A stretch of DNA of 64,000 nucleotides from Candidatus Latescibacterota bacterium (GTDB taxonomy: Bacteria > Latescibacterota > UBA2968 > UBA8231): contig OZ241889.1 in the NCBI GenBank assembly GCA_965203355.1, positions 3,904,001-3,968,000 of the forward strand. Reading direction: 5' to 3'. Positions 1-15,380 of this stretch are shown here, in pieces (the stretch's first letter is position 1; every line of letters begins with the position of its first letter). The position numbers and the translations under genes are program-made. The notes beneath the pieces are model-generated. The model was not told the DNA's origin, searched no databases, and saw nothing but the letters and a program-made list of their open reading frames with translations.

Positions 1-180
1 CACCGGCACCCCATTGACGGAGACGTGTAGATAGGGAAAGTAATGGAAAATTGGTAGTAGGGTCTCGGTACGTTTTCGGGGGCATTCGTCATCAAACGTT
101 TGTTAGTACATGATTCGTCAAACACAAAAATGCAGCCGACATTCGTACATCTGGCCTTGTAGCAAAGAGGTATCCGCGCT

Positions 181-1275
181 ATGTTCTGCCGCATGAACAG
201 CCCAGCCCCCATTCGCGTCGGCTGCGTCGGCTGCGGAGCCGTCGCCCAAGTCCAGCACCTGCCCAACCTCACCGCGCTCAAGGACCTGTTTTCCGTCGAG
301 ATGGTCTGCGACCTTTCGCCGAGCTTGGCGCAGACCGTAGCGCGAGAATTTCACGTGCCGCACCACACCGACGACTGGCGGACGCTGCTGGCTGCCGACA
401 TCGACGCCGTACTCCTGTGCCACACCGATCCCAAGACCGAGATTGCCGTCGCCGCCTTTGAAGCCGACAAACACGTATTCATTGAAAAGCCGATCTGCTT
501 CTCGCTACAAGAGGCCGACCGGATCATCGCCGCCCAGCAGGCGGCTGGCACCGTTGGCTTAGCTGGCTACATGAAGGTGTACGACCCGGCCTTTGAGACC
601 GCGGCCCGTGCGGCCGCTGACATGGCTGCCATCCGCTTCGTCCAGATCCATCATCTGCACACCAACAACTCGCATCATGTGGCCCACTTCCGCTTGCACC
701 GCACAGACGACATACCCGCTGCTGCCGCCGAGCAGACGCGGGCAGCGCGTACAGCGGCCGTGCGCGAGGCCATCGGCGAAGTCCCGGCCGACGTGCAGAC
801 TGCCTTTGGCCACCTTGCCGGCAGCATGATCCACGATCTCTACGGCCTACGCGCCATAATGGGCGTACCCGAAAAAGTCTCCAACACTGAAATCTGGTAC
901 GAAGGCTGGGGCGTCAGCACCATGCTCGCTTATGCCAACGGCGCACGCGGTGCGGCAACCTGGGTCGAACTAAAGGACGTGCGCGACTTCAAAGAGACGC
1001 TCGAAGTCTGCGGCGACGACCGCCGCGTATTGCTCTCTTATCCGACCGGCTTCTCGCGGGGCATCCTCTCCACCTTGGAGATTCAGACCCTCGACGAGGC
1101 CGGCGAGGCTATCACCCACCGCCCAGCCATCGCGTGGGAAGGCCCTTTCGTCCGCGAGCTGAAGCACTTCCACGCTTGCATCACTGAGGGGGTGCCGCCG
1201 CGTACTCCCTTGGCAGAGGCCCGCTGCGACATCGCCCTAATCATCGACATCATCAAAGCCTATCTAGACCGCTGA
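181..1275 (+). CDS. Gfo/Idh/MocA family oxidoreductase
   Basis: N-terminal Rossmann motif GCVGCGAVA, HVFIEKP motif and IHD motif. The true start may be ATG at 193. Confidence 0.85.
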   Translation: MFCRMNSPAPIRVGCVGCGAVAQVQHLPNLTALKDLFSVEMVCDLSPSLAQTVAREFHVPHHTDDWRTLLAADIDAVLLCHTDPKTEIAVAAFEADKHVFIEKPICFSLQEADRIIAAQQAAGTVGLAGYMKVYDPAFETAARAAADMAAIRFVQIHHLHTNNSHHVAHFRLHRTDDIPAAAAEQTRAARTAAVREAIGEVPADVQTAFGHLAGSMIHDLYGLRAIMGVPEKVSNTEIWYEGWGVSTMLAYANGARGAATWVELKDVRDFKETLEVCGDDRRVLLSYPTGFSRGILSTLEIQTLDEAGEAITHRPAIAWEGPFVRELKHFHACITEGVPPRTPLAEARCDIALIIDIIKAYLDR

Positions 1276-1454
1276 CATGGCCCCGCCCATCATCTGTACC
1301 GACGATGGCTGGACTTTCACGGGGAAAGGGAACTTGCAGTGGATGGTTCTTTTTTGTGGCCGATTACCAACGAGATCGTGGTGCGGCTAGTGGTCGGGCA
1401 AAAAGATCGCCGCAAGCAAGTAATACTGACCGGCGTCGAATCGATTATGGTTCA

Positions 1455-2408
1455 CTAATCGGCGTCTTGTTGGGCTTTATATTGCTCTTCTTGTTCGAGT
1501 AATGTCATTTGTGTAGGTCCTTTTGATTGATCTGGATAAAGGGCCTCAACAGACCTTTCAAAATCACTAAGAGCATTCTCATGGCCACGCAGAAACCAAT
1601 GTTTATGATTTTCAAGATACGCCTTTCTAATAGGCTCGTTACGCAAATCAAGAGGGACACGTTCCATTCTTGGATCTATACTATCGAATCCTACAAACTC
1701 TTTTTGCAAGCGTTTTTTCGCCATTTTTACATAGTCTGGGTTTAATTCAATTCCGACGCCGACTCGATTGAGTTGTTGACATACTCTGAGCGTCGTTCCA
1801 CTGCCTAAGAATGGATCGAGAACTAGTGATCCTTCACTGCTTGAAGCTAATATCATCCGCTCCATTAGCCCTTCCGGTTTTTGAGTCGGGTGATTCTGTC
1901 TATTATAACTACAGTAATGAACGTGCGAAAATTCCCAAACATCTCCTGGATTTGCTCCTCGCATATTGTTACGCTCGCGGTAATATTTTTGAGGTACGCG
2001 AATATCATCTAAGTTAAAAGTGAAATCTCTTGTTTTTGTGAACATTATAATATCGTCGTGTCGAGGGGAAAAGCCTCTCTTTTTTCCTATTCCCTGCGTA
2101 TAGTGCCACACTATCCAGCTATTGAAAAGCATTCCAAGATCTCTAGCTAAGAGGTCATACAGAGAAGAAATAAATCGGAATCCCATAAAAACATAAATCG
2201 TTCCATCGGCCTTTAGAAGACGATGAGCTTCTTTGATCCAATCCTTCGAGAATGCTGAATATTCTTCAAAATCTTTAGTGTCACGATTATTACCATAGTC
2301 TTTCCCTAGATTGTAAGGAGGATCGGCAATGATAAGATCAAAGACCTCGGAGTCGATCTTTTGCATCTCAGAGACGGCGTCTCCCAAGATTATTTTTTGT
2401 TCAATCAT
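1455..2408 (-). CDS. Site-specific DNA amino-methyltransferase (N4-C/N6-A, beta class) of a type II R-M system
   Basis: Motif IV DPPY precedes HPTQKP and motif I DPFLGSGTT (beta order). AT-rich, and overlaps the upstream nuclease gene. Confidence 0.9.
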   Translation of the reverse strand: MIEQKIILGDAVSEMQKIDSEVFDLIIADPPYNLGKDYGNNRDTKDFEEYSAFSKDWIKEAHRLLKADGTIYVFMGFRFISSLYDLLARDLGMLFNSWIVWHYTQGIGKKRGFSPRHDDIIMFTKTRDFTFNLDDIRVPQKYYRERNNMRGANPGDVWEFSHVHYCSYNRQNHPTQKPEGLMERMILASSSEGSLVLDPFLGSGTTLRVCQQLNRVGVGIELNPDYVKMAKKRLQKEFVGFDSIDPRMERVPLDLRNEPIRKAYLENHKHWFLRGHENALSDFERSVEALYPDQSKGPTQMTLLEQEEQYKAQQDAD

Positions 2409-3126
2409 CGGACTTTATCCATCCATTTTTATTAGCCAGTTCAAGCCATTGATCGAATGATCGTCGACCAGACTGAAGATATTTCTGATCAAGTAACTGA
2501 CAAAACTCCCATGTGGTTCTTGCTTCAAGTTCAACGTAGTGAATATCTCGTACTTGGACTTGTCCCGTTCCAAGCGCAGGATTATAGTTTATATCCCTTG
2601 AAGACAAATATTTGAGATCATAAGCATTATACGAAATAACCTCCATAATTCCGTCCATTAACCCTGTAGTTTTGCTACGCTTCGAATATACGCGGTGTTT
2701 TAGAGAAAGAATGACGAATATGTAATCGGGATCTTCAACATAGGCAGTGCGAATACGAGCGTATGAAGTGATATTCGGGGACTTTCCACTAGATTCTATA
2801 TCCTCTGATGTTGCCTTAACATCAACTTCTGCTGTCACGCCACTTTCAAATTTTCTCTGCTTTTGAAATTGTAGTATGATATCCGCCATATTTAGACGCT
2901 CAACTGCTTCCACATTAATCAATTGATATTTATTATTATTATCTTCAAGGACATAATGAAACGTTTGAGCAGCCCATGCTTCAATAAATGGTCCAGCGAT
3001 CTTATTGATATTCTCCATCGGGAGACCGAACTTTAGATTTGTATTGATAAGAATTTTATTTTTCCCCTGTTCAATAGCTTCTTTGAGGAAGGTGTCGAGT
3101 ATGTACGCCGCGTCGTCACGCGACAC
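2401..3126 (-). CDS. Putative type II restriction endonuclease (PD-(D/E)xK; HincII/EcoRV-like motifs)
   Basis: E..AD(x17)DVKAT catalytic pattern and a SPNITS motif; overlaps the MTase gene; AT-rich. The GTG start is uncertain. Confidence 0.7.
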   Translation of the reverse strand: MSRDDAAYILDTFLKEAIEQGKNKILINTNLKFGLPMENINKIAGPFIEAWAAQTFHYVLEDNNNKYQLINVEAVERLNMADIILQFQKQRKFESGVTAEVDVKATSEDIESSGKSPNITSYARIRTAYVEDPDYIFVILSLKHRVYSKRSKTTGLMDGIMEVISYNAYDLKYLSSRDINYNPALGTGQVQVRDIHYVELEARTTWEFCQLLDQKYLQSGRRSFDQWLELANKNGWIKSDD

Positions 3127-3177
3127 ACCGTAGAAGTAGTGCGTGTCTAGGCGGCGGAAAGATATAGCCCCTCCCCC

Positions 3178-3966
3178 TCACTCCTCAACCTCAGCCCACG
3201 CCCCTTTAGCCATCAGCCCCCCATCGACGCAGACATTCTCGCCAGTCATAAACGATGCCTTGTCGCTAGCCAAGAACAGCATGGCGTTGGCAATGTCCTC
3301 CGGCTGCCCATAGCGTCCAATTGGATGGAGCTTGGCGTAATCCTTGAAGAATTGCGTGCGCTCGTGGCCGAATGCCTCGATCACTTCATCGACTAGCGGC
3401 GTCTGAATGCCTCCTGGATTGACCGCCAAGACCCGAATCCCATACTTGGCGTAGTCGAGCGCGAGCTGTCTCGTCATAGAAATAATCCCGCCCTTGCTTG
3501 CAGCATAAGCCGAAACCATCGACGCCGATTGCAAGCCCTGGACGCTGGCCGTGTTGATGATGACCCCCTTGCGCTGCTCCATCATCTGCGGCAAGCAGTG
3601 CCTAGCCATCAGGAAGAAACTCCTTAGATTGACGTCAATGATCCGGTCCCACATTGCTAGCGGCAGCTCATGGGCCAGCTTATAGCTAGGCACGGGTTGG
3701 ATGCCAACGTTGTTGCACAACACGTCAACGCGGCCCCAATCCTCAATGATCTGCCCCACGGTTTGAGCGCAGACTTCGTCGCTGGCCACGTCGGCTTCAA
3801 AAAAGCGGATCAGGCCCTCTGCTGCGGCCAAGGCTGCACCAGCTTCTGCGTCTATGTCCAACGCGGCAACCTGCGCCCCGGCACCTGCGAACGCCCGCGA
3901 AATCCCCGCGCCAATCCCCTTAGCCCCGCCGGTGACGATAACTACTTGACCCGTAAAATCAGCCAT
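3178..3966 (-). CDS. SDR family oxidoreductase
   Basis: TGGAKGIG, NNVG and YAASK motifs. Confidence 0.9.
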   Translation of the reverse strand: MADFTGQVVIVTGGAKGIGAGISRAFAGAGAQVAALDIDAEAGAALAAAEGLIRFFEADVASDEVCAQTVGQIIEDWGRVDVLCNNVGIQPVPSYKLAHELPLAMWDRIIDVNLRSFFLMARHCLPQMMEQRKGVIINTASVQGLQSASMVSAYAASKGGIISMTRQLALDYAKYGIRVLAVNPGGIQTPLVDEVIEAFGHERTQFFKDYAKLHPIGRYGQPEDIANAMLFLASDKASFMTGENVCVDGGLMAKGAWAEVEE

Positions 3967-4008
3967 GACAATCTCCTGGTGTTTGTAGTGTAATTTTTGT
4001 GCGCCGTT

Positions 4009-5067
4009 CTAACACTCAGCGCGCTTCTTCAATTTACAACAAAACGCCTGCTGCCCCAGCACCTCGACCGGGAACACGCGCTCCATGTACAGTTTCGGCC
4101 ACGCGCCGAATGCCTCAGTCAGCAGAGTGCGTGCGCTGGTCAAACACACAGCCACGCCACCGGCCTTTAGCACTCTTGCCACCTCGCTGGCAAAATCTTT
4201 GTAGAGCGAGCGCAGTGCTTGGGGCTCGCCGATCTTTTTGCCAAAGGGCAGGTTGCACACCACCCGATCGACGCTGCCGTCGGCCAAGGGCAAATCCCGT
4301 GCATCCCATTGGCGGATGGCGATCGGCTTGTAGCGCGGTCCGACATTTGTGCGAGTAGCAGCCACGGCTTCCGAGCGAATGTCGCCGCCTAAAAGCTGAG
4401 CGTAGCGGCTGTGCATCCCCCGCTCGATGAGGATAGTTCCAGCCCCGCACATGGGATCGAGAAAGACGTCGCCAGGCAAGGGCTCGGATAGCATCACCAA
4501 GGCCCGCGCCACCGTCGGCCGCAGGGAAGCCTCCACTTGCGCGACCTTGTACGTGCGGTGGCGCATGGTTTCGTCGGAAAGGCGCACCCCGCAGAGCAAC
4601 TCGCCCGCGGCCTCCAAACCCCACACCTCCAACAGCGCCCGCTCAGCCACGTGCTTCCAGCGCGGGAAACGCCACGCCACGGCCTGCTGCAAAGCGCGGC
4701 GCATCTCTTGACGCACATAGCGCTGCCGCCCGCCACGGCGCTGGGCCACGATCCGATAGGTGATCCGCTTGATCCGCTTGGGGCGCGTACGGCGGTGCGC
4801 ACCCACGGCCCTTTCAAAAAGCGGCGACTCGGCGACGAGGGCGCCGGCCTGTGCCAAACCCTCGTACGCCGCGGCTACCGGACCGCGCGCCACCAATGCG
4901 AACACATCCTCGGTCGTCCCCAATCCGAGCAAGTCTTGCGGCGGGGCATCCGTCGCAAAAAACACCACGCCGCGCTGCTGGCCCTGCCGCTCGGCTCCCA
5001 AGCGCACCGCAATCTCTCGTTGGGCGATCTCCTCTAGCCCGGGGGCGACGAACGCGTAGAACTGCAC
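4009..5067 (-). CDS. THUMP-domain RNA methyltransferase (UPF0020; Trm14/RlmL-like)
   Basis: PGLEEIA N-terminus, ASLRPTVA, LDPMCGAGT SAM-binding motif and NLPFG. Confidence 0.8.
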   Translation of the reverse strand: MQFYAFVAPGLEEIAQREIAVRLGAERQGQQRGVVFFATDAPPQDLLGLGTTEDVFALVARGPVAAAYEGLAQAGALVAESPLFERAVGAHRRTRPKRIKRITYRIVAQRRGGRQRYVRQEMRRALQQAVAWRFPRWKHVAERALLEVWGLEAAGELLCGVRLSDETMRHRTYKVAQVEASLRPTVARALVMLSEPLPGDVFLDPMCGAGTILIERGMHSRYAQLLGGDIRSEAVAATRTNVGPRYKPIAIRQWDARDLPLADGSVDRVVCNLPFGKKIGEPQALRSLYKDFASEVARVLKAGGVAVCLTSARTLLTEAFGAWPKLYMERVFPVEVLGQQAFCCKLKKRAEC

Positions 5068-5071
5068 GGCT

Positions 5072-5833
5072 CTACTCGTAGAGATCGTCTAGGTCGGCGG
5101 CGGCCAGCTCGACCAAAAACTCGGCGAGTTGTGCTGCCACTTGCTCCAAGCAGCGGCGGCCCTTTTCTGGCGTAGCTTGGCGCGGGTCGCCGATGCCCGT
5201 GTCGTCGGTCGCCTGCGTCCAGTCGCGCTGGGTCCAGACCCAACCTTCCCGCAGCGCGGCGATCTTAAACTTGTGCTCGCGGCCCCTGCCGGCCTCCGTC
5301 AGCGGCAACACCCAATCCGGCCGCAAGTATTGCATGAGACTGGTTTCCATCTCATTGGCGTGGTCGCCGCCTTCGGCGAAAAGCTCCTTATCGGCGATGC
5401 GGTACCAATCCATGCAGCAAACAAAAACCGCATAGCGCGGCAACAGCTCCCGCACCATTTGTTTGAAGTCGTTGCCGCCGTGGCCATTCACAATGAGCAA
5501 CTTGGGAATGGCCTGATGGGCGAGCACTTCGACCAAATCTTGCAGGATGGCGAACTGAGTCGAGGGATTGAGATTGAGGTCTAGCTTGATGTCGAGCTGG
5601 CCGGTGTTGACGCCAAAAGGCACGGTCGGCAAGACGATGACTTTGGCGTCTTGCTCCCAAGCAATGCGGGCCGCAGCCGCGACGATCTCGTCGCACTGCA
5701 CCACATCGGTCGAATACGGCAGGTGAAAATTGTGCGCTTCTGTCGCCCCCCACGGCAGGATCGCCACCTCGTACCGGGTGTGCTCAACGGTCTGCCAATT
5801 GGTCTCGGCGAGGATGTAAGGTCGGCCGGGCAT
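5072..5833 (-). CDS. Creatininase family amidohydrolase
   Basis: LPWGATEAHNFHLPYSTD, NGHGGN and DHANEMETS motifs. Confidence 0.9.
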   Translation of the reverse strand: MPGRPYILAETNWQTVEHTRYEVAILPWGATEAHNFHLPYSTDVVQCDEIVAAAARIAWEQDAKVIVLPTVPFGVNTGQLDIKLDLNLNPSTQFAILQDLVEVLAHQAIPKLLIVNGHGGNDFKQMVRELLPRYAVFVCCMDWYRIADKELFAEGGDHANEMETSLMQYLRPDWVLPLTEAGRGREHKFKIAALREGWVWTQRDWTQATDDTGIGDPRQATPEKGRRCLEQVAAQLAEFLVELAAADLDDLYE

Positions 5834-5850
5834 ATAAATTCCTTTTGTAA

Positions 5851-5961
5851 TCAGTGGTCAGTGGTCAGTGGTCAGTGAGCAGTGAGCAGTCTCGACCCGG
5901 CCTTACCCCAAAAGGGACGGGAAAATGGGGGACTGGCCACGGGCCACCGCCCACTGACCAC
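5851..5961. repeat. 7-bp tandem repeat (TCAGTGG-like, about 6 copies) with a downstream inverted copy
   Basis: tcagtgg tcagtgg tcagtgg tcagtga gcagtga gcagt from 5851, and the reverse complement ccactgaccact near 5951-5962. Intergenic. Confidence 0.75.
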
Positions 5962-5966
5962 TATCT

Positions 5967-6515
5967 TTATATAAGCACTGCTCGGCACAAGGTCCGGTAC
6001 TCGGCTCTGGATGGCTTGAGCATGCTTTCGATCAGTTCCACCGCTTTCACCGGAACCTGCAACCGAGGCAACTCGCCGCTCCACTTGCTGCCTGGCGACG
6101 GCCCCCTCGCTCGCACTCGACCCAACGTCACGTGCGGGCGAAAGCCCCGTTCCTCTGGTGCCCAACCAGCGGCGCACACCACTTCTTCAACATCCCGTTG
6201 CAACGCACTCAACCGTCCGTCCGCGTCCGCCACACCCGCCCAAATAACCTTCGGCCGGCGGCGATTGGGAAAGCAGCCGCTCTGCTCTATAGCCGCAGTA
6301 AAACGCTCGTGCCGGGCGGCAATAGCGGTCAATCCTTCTCGCAGCGCAGCGATTTGCAGGTCCTCGGCCGCGCCGAGAAAGCGCAGCGTCAAATGGAGAT
6401 TTTCGGGGCGCACCCAACTCACGCCCGGCACCGGCCACAACGGTCGCATCGCGTCGCTCAGCTTGCCCAAGGCCGCCGGCACGCGGATAGCGACGAAGGC
6501 TCGACTAACGGGCAC
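5967..6515 (-). CDS. thpR: RNA 2',3'-cyclic phosphodiesterase
   Basis: Two HxT motifs (NLHLTLRFLG, FRPHVTLGR) and RAFVAI N-terminus. Confidence 0.9.
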   Translation of the reverse strand: MPVSRAFVAIRVPAALGKLSDAMRPLWPVPGVSWVRPENLHLTLRFLGAAEDLQIAALREGLTAIAARHERFTAAIEQSGCFPNRRRPKVIWAGVADADGRLSALQRDVEEVVCAAGWAPEERGFRPHVTLGRVRARGPSPGSKWSGELPRLQVPVKAVELIESMLKPSRAEYRTLCRAVLI

Positions 6516-7305
6516 CGCAAGCCCGCAAGCAGGCGTTCAAGTACCCCCGGCTCTCGGCTGCAATCGTCGCCACCTGTCCCAGATCGCACTCCTTGGCGCC
6601 GATCACTTCCAAGTTGGCCGCCACGTCTAGCCCGGATTCGTGCAGCACCTTGACGTACCCGAACAAATCGACATCGCCCCGCCCACACGCCTGCAACTCC
6701 GGCGCACCCGGCCCGCCTGCTGCCACCGCGCAATCCCGGATATGCACGTGCTTGACCCGAGAGATAACCGCCGCCAGTGCCTCGACCGTATTCTCTCCCG
6801 CCCGATGGATGTGACTCGGATCCATATCCACGCCAAACCCCGGCGAGTCGATCCATGCCATCGCCCGTAACGTGGTTGGCGTGTCGTAGATGCACTGCCC
6901 CACGTGCGCCTTGACGCACAGCGTCATACCGTGTTCGTGGGCCCTATCGGCCATTTTGTCCAGCCGCGCAATCTGCCGATCGAAATCCTCCTCCACATCG
7001 CTTTTGCCCCCCGGACCAACGTTGACGACGGGAATGCCGATCTCAGCACCAGCCGCAAACGCCAGCATCAGCCGCTCTTCATCGAGCGCGGCTTCTTCCA
7101 TAGCCAGCAATTTTAGTTCGTATTTTTCCGCCAACTCTTTGATTTGGTTGGCCTGCGCTGGCCAATTGTCCAACTCCAAGTGCTCGCACATGCCCTTGAT
7201 CGCCGAAAGCTCGACGCCGTCGTAGCCAGCAAGGTGGATGTGGCGCATCGCCGTTTCCAGATCAAAGCCGGCAAATAGCACTGAATTAGCCCCTAAATGA
7301 ATCAT
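6505..7305 (-). CDS. Sugar phosphate isomerase/epimerase (xylose isomerase-like TIM barrel)
   Basis: GYDGVEL, DMDPSH, HVHIRD and GRGDVD motifs. Confidence 0.8.
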   Translation of the reverse strand: MIHLGANSVLFAGFDLETAMRHIHLAGYDGVELSAIKGMCEHLELDNWPAQANQIKELAEKYELKLLAMEEAALDEERLMLAFAAGAEIGIPVVNVGPGGKSDVEEDFDRQIARLDKMADRAHEHGMTLCVKAHVGQCIYDTPTTLRAMAWIDSPGFGVDMDPSHIHRAGENTVEALAAVISRVKHVHIRDCAVAAGGPGAPELQACGRGDVDLFGYVKVLHESGLDVAANLEVIGAKECDLGQVATIAAESRGYLNACLRACGAR

Positions 7306-7361
7306 TTTCGCAACTCCTCTTGGGTGATAAGCAATTGATTTTACTGGATTACCGAGCGTTT

Positions 7362-7390
7362 AGTATAGGGAGGGAAAAAGGGGGTGTCAA
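7362..7390 (-). promoter_or_regulatory. Sigma70 promoter for the leftward operon
   Basis: Minus strand TTGACA-17 bp-TATACT, upstream of the start at 7305. Confidence 0.7.
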
Positions 7391-7475
7391 ACGGCTACGC
7401 GATTGACGGAGTTGCGCTCGCGCACCTACATTACGATGCTAAAAATCGCAAATTAAAAGGATAAAGAGGCGATTC

Positions 7476-8270
7476 ATGGCCGACGAATTGACACAGTTAG
7501 AGGCTTATCGGACGGAAGTCGAAAGAGCACTTAATGAGGACAAAACGCGACTAGGCGATGTATGGAAGCTCAGTCAGCAGGGCCTAGAGCCGGAAAAAAT
7601 CGCCGCAGAGTTGAATGTTTCCACCTCGGGATTTGTCTCCTCTTATAAGACTTATATAAAAGCAATTAAGGACGGTAATCTACCAGGCGCTCCATGGCCT
7701 GCTAAACACTGCACAAGGGCTATCCGAAGTTTTGCAAAACGCCATAAGGCATCCCTCTCCCCTGCAACCCACTCGGAACTTCAGAATAGGGCAGATAGAT
7801 GTGACCTTAATGCGGCTGATTCGGTAAAATTAAAAGAGGAGGAACAAAAACTTGAGCATCAAACGAGTGTTGCCGAGAAAGAAGGGGTTCCGGGAATATA
7901 CGTGTACACGCTGCCGCATTATCTCCGTCATCCAGTCGAGAATTCCGAAAACGATGAAACGGACGACCGAACATACTTGAAAGTGGGCATGTCCGAAAAA
8001 GACGCTATCAAACGCTTCCGACAGCAGCAAGGAAGTACGGCCCTACCCGAATCGCCCATTTTGCTAAGGATCTATGTCGGTTCAAACGGCATAGACATAG
8101 CCGACGTTGAAAAGAAAGTGCATCGCCATTTGAATGCCGCTGACCACGTCAAGAATTCAGAACGCGGTGCCGGGCAAGAATGGTTCCTCACTCATCTGAA
8201 GTTCCTCGACTCGACTGCCGAACTCCTCGGCCTCCAGACACACTTTGCATTCGACAAAAATGAAGCATAG
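7476..8270 (+). CDS. T5orf172/GIY-YIG-family protein with an N-terminal HTH-like region
   Basis: GIYVY...LKVG.S....KR...EKKVH..L...GQEWF pattern; lower GC than its flanks; AGAGG RBS. Confidence 0.7.
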   Translation: MADELTQLEAYRTEVERALNEDKTRLGDVWKLSQQGLEPEKIAAELNVSTSGFVSSYKTYIKAIKDGNLPGAPWPAKHCTRAIRSFAKRHKASLSPATHSELQNRADRCDLNAADSVKLKEEEQKLEHQTSVAEKEGVPGIYVYTLPHYLRHPVENSENDETDDRTYLKVGMSEKDAIKRFRQQQGSTALPESPILLRIYVGSNGIDIADVEKKVHRHLNAADHVKNSERGAGQEWFLTHLKFLDSTAELLGLQTHFAFDKNEA

Positions 8271-8305
8271 GCTATGTGGTATAGCCCAACGAGGTAATAG
8301 ACCTT

Positions 8306-8334
8306 TTGCCCGCTGCACATTCGTACAGTATATT
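8306..8334 (+). promoter_or_regulatory. uvrA sigma70 promoter with a candidate LexA/SOS operator in the spacer
   Basis: TTGCCC-17 bp-TATATT; the spacer contains the imperfect palindrome CTGCACATTCGTACAG (8313-8328). Confidence 0.55.
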
Positions 8335-8376
8335 TTCTGATTTCCGTTCTCCACTCCTCGCGCCCTACACGAAGTC

Positions 8377-14042
<5,666 letters not shown>

Positions 14043-14046
<4 letters not shown>

Positions 14047-14696
14047 GCGAATTGAACCTGCCTCAACGGGCCTTTTTCGAGTTTTCCTTTCGCTGCTCGC
14101 GGCGGCCAAAGCCGCCCAAAATCGACGGCAACTTGCGCGATTGGGACGACGACGCGCGCGTACCCGACCTGATGGCCGTCGATGGCCACCAGCCCTTTGC
14201 CTCGGTCTATATGGCCTACGACGACAGCGGCCTGTACTTCGCCTGCGAGGTCAAGAACAAGACCACCTACAAGCTGAATCCGCTCCAACCGGCCGCTGGC
14301 GACAGCCTCGAACTCTTCATCGACACCCGCGACGTCAAGGAGCACCGCGCCAATCGCTTCTGCCATCGGTTTTACGTTTTGCCCGGCGGCAGCGGCAAGG
14401 ACGGCAAGCAACCCATCGCCCGCCAGACCTCCATTGAGGAAGCCCGCGAACAAGCACCGCCCTGCCCAGAGGACTCGATTCAGACCGGCCTGCGCCGACT
14501 CAAGCGGAGCTATCAACTAGAAATTAAATTGCCGGCCGCCGGTCTCAATGGTTTTGCACCGCGAGAGTTTGGCCGGGTGGGATTGGCGTATCTGTTGCAC
14601 GACACCCAGCACGGCACCCAGTCTTGGTCGTCGATCTCAGATCTGGGCGTAGAGCGCGATCCGAGCACTTGGGGCACGGCCGAACTGGTGGACTAG
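14043..14696 (+). CDS. CBM9/DOMON-like sugar-binding-fold protein
   Basis: ATGA overlap with the uvrA stop; PKIDGNLRDW, AYDDSGLYFACEV, DSLELFID and WGTAEL match the CBM9-like pattern. Confidence 0.6.
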
Positions 14697-14752
14697 GGCT
14701 TGTAGTTGACGCGCTAAACGTCCTCTTGGAATTTCTAACGAAAGGAACGGAC

Positions 14753-15115
14753 ATGGGAGCCACGCACGTCACCGTAACTATTCGCAATCCGGCTGCGCTG
14801 CACCGCACTTGGGAAGGGCTGTTTCTGGTCGATACGGGAGCGACGGATTGCCTCGTCCCAAGGCCGCATCTCGAAGCCATCGGCCTTGAGCCGAAAGGTC
14901 AGCGGACGTATGAGTTGGCCAATGGCCCTGAAATCAAGCTCGACATCACGACCGCGGACATCGAATTCATGGGCGAAATCGTCGGCGACGCGGAAGCCGA
15001 GCCGCTGCTGGGGGTGACGGCCCTCGAATCCGTGGGGATTGAAGTGGACCCGCTCAATCAGCGGCTTAAAAGATGGCCTGCGGTACGGCTTAAAAGAGCG
15101 GGCGTGGAAACCTGA
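14753..15115 (+). CDS. Clan AA aspartic protease (AF_0612-like)
   Basis: FLVDTGAT catalytic motif and PLLGVTALE; AAGGA RBS. Confidence 0.8.
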   Translation: MGATHVTVTIRNPAALHRTWEGLFLVDTGATDCLVPRPHLEAIGLEPKGQRTYELANGPEIKLDITTADIEFMGEIVGDAEAEPLLGVTALESVGIEVDPLNQRLKRWPAVRLKRAGVET

Positions 15116-15120
15116 AAATG

Positions 15121-15239
15121 GGTAGTGGTACATTTTGAAATGTAGCTTTACTCCCGTTAAACGGGTCGCCCCGCTCCGCCTGAACCCCGGCACCCCAACC
15201 GTACCGCGACAATTGGAGATTGCAAAGTGTTCCATGACC
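15121..15239 (+). mobile_element. MITE-like element, copy 1 (IS1-like GGTAGTGG ends)
   Basis: Imperfect terminal inverted repeats GGTAGTGGTACATTTTGAAAT / ATTGCAAAGTGTTCCATGACC; a similar inverted copy lies at 24135-24248. Confidence 0.7.
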
Positions 15240-15380
15240 GAAGAAACGCACTATGAGCGCAGTGCTTTACCGCGCCTTTCGGCGAGACGGCATTTTACAC
15301 TTCTCTACTGTCGCGTACTTAAGTAGTTATATTAATTAGTTCAGCTAGTTCATCCGCGCATTCACCTAAGACCATTGCCA

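Noticed and set aside
1-180. Possible element end (GGTAGTAG at 53) in the window-start intergenic region
   Set aside because: No matching inverted end and no similarity to the MITE body; context is lost at the window edge.
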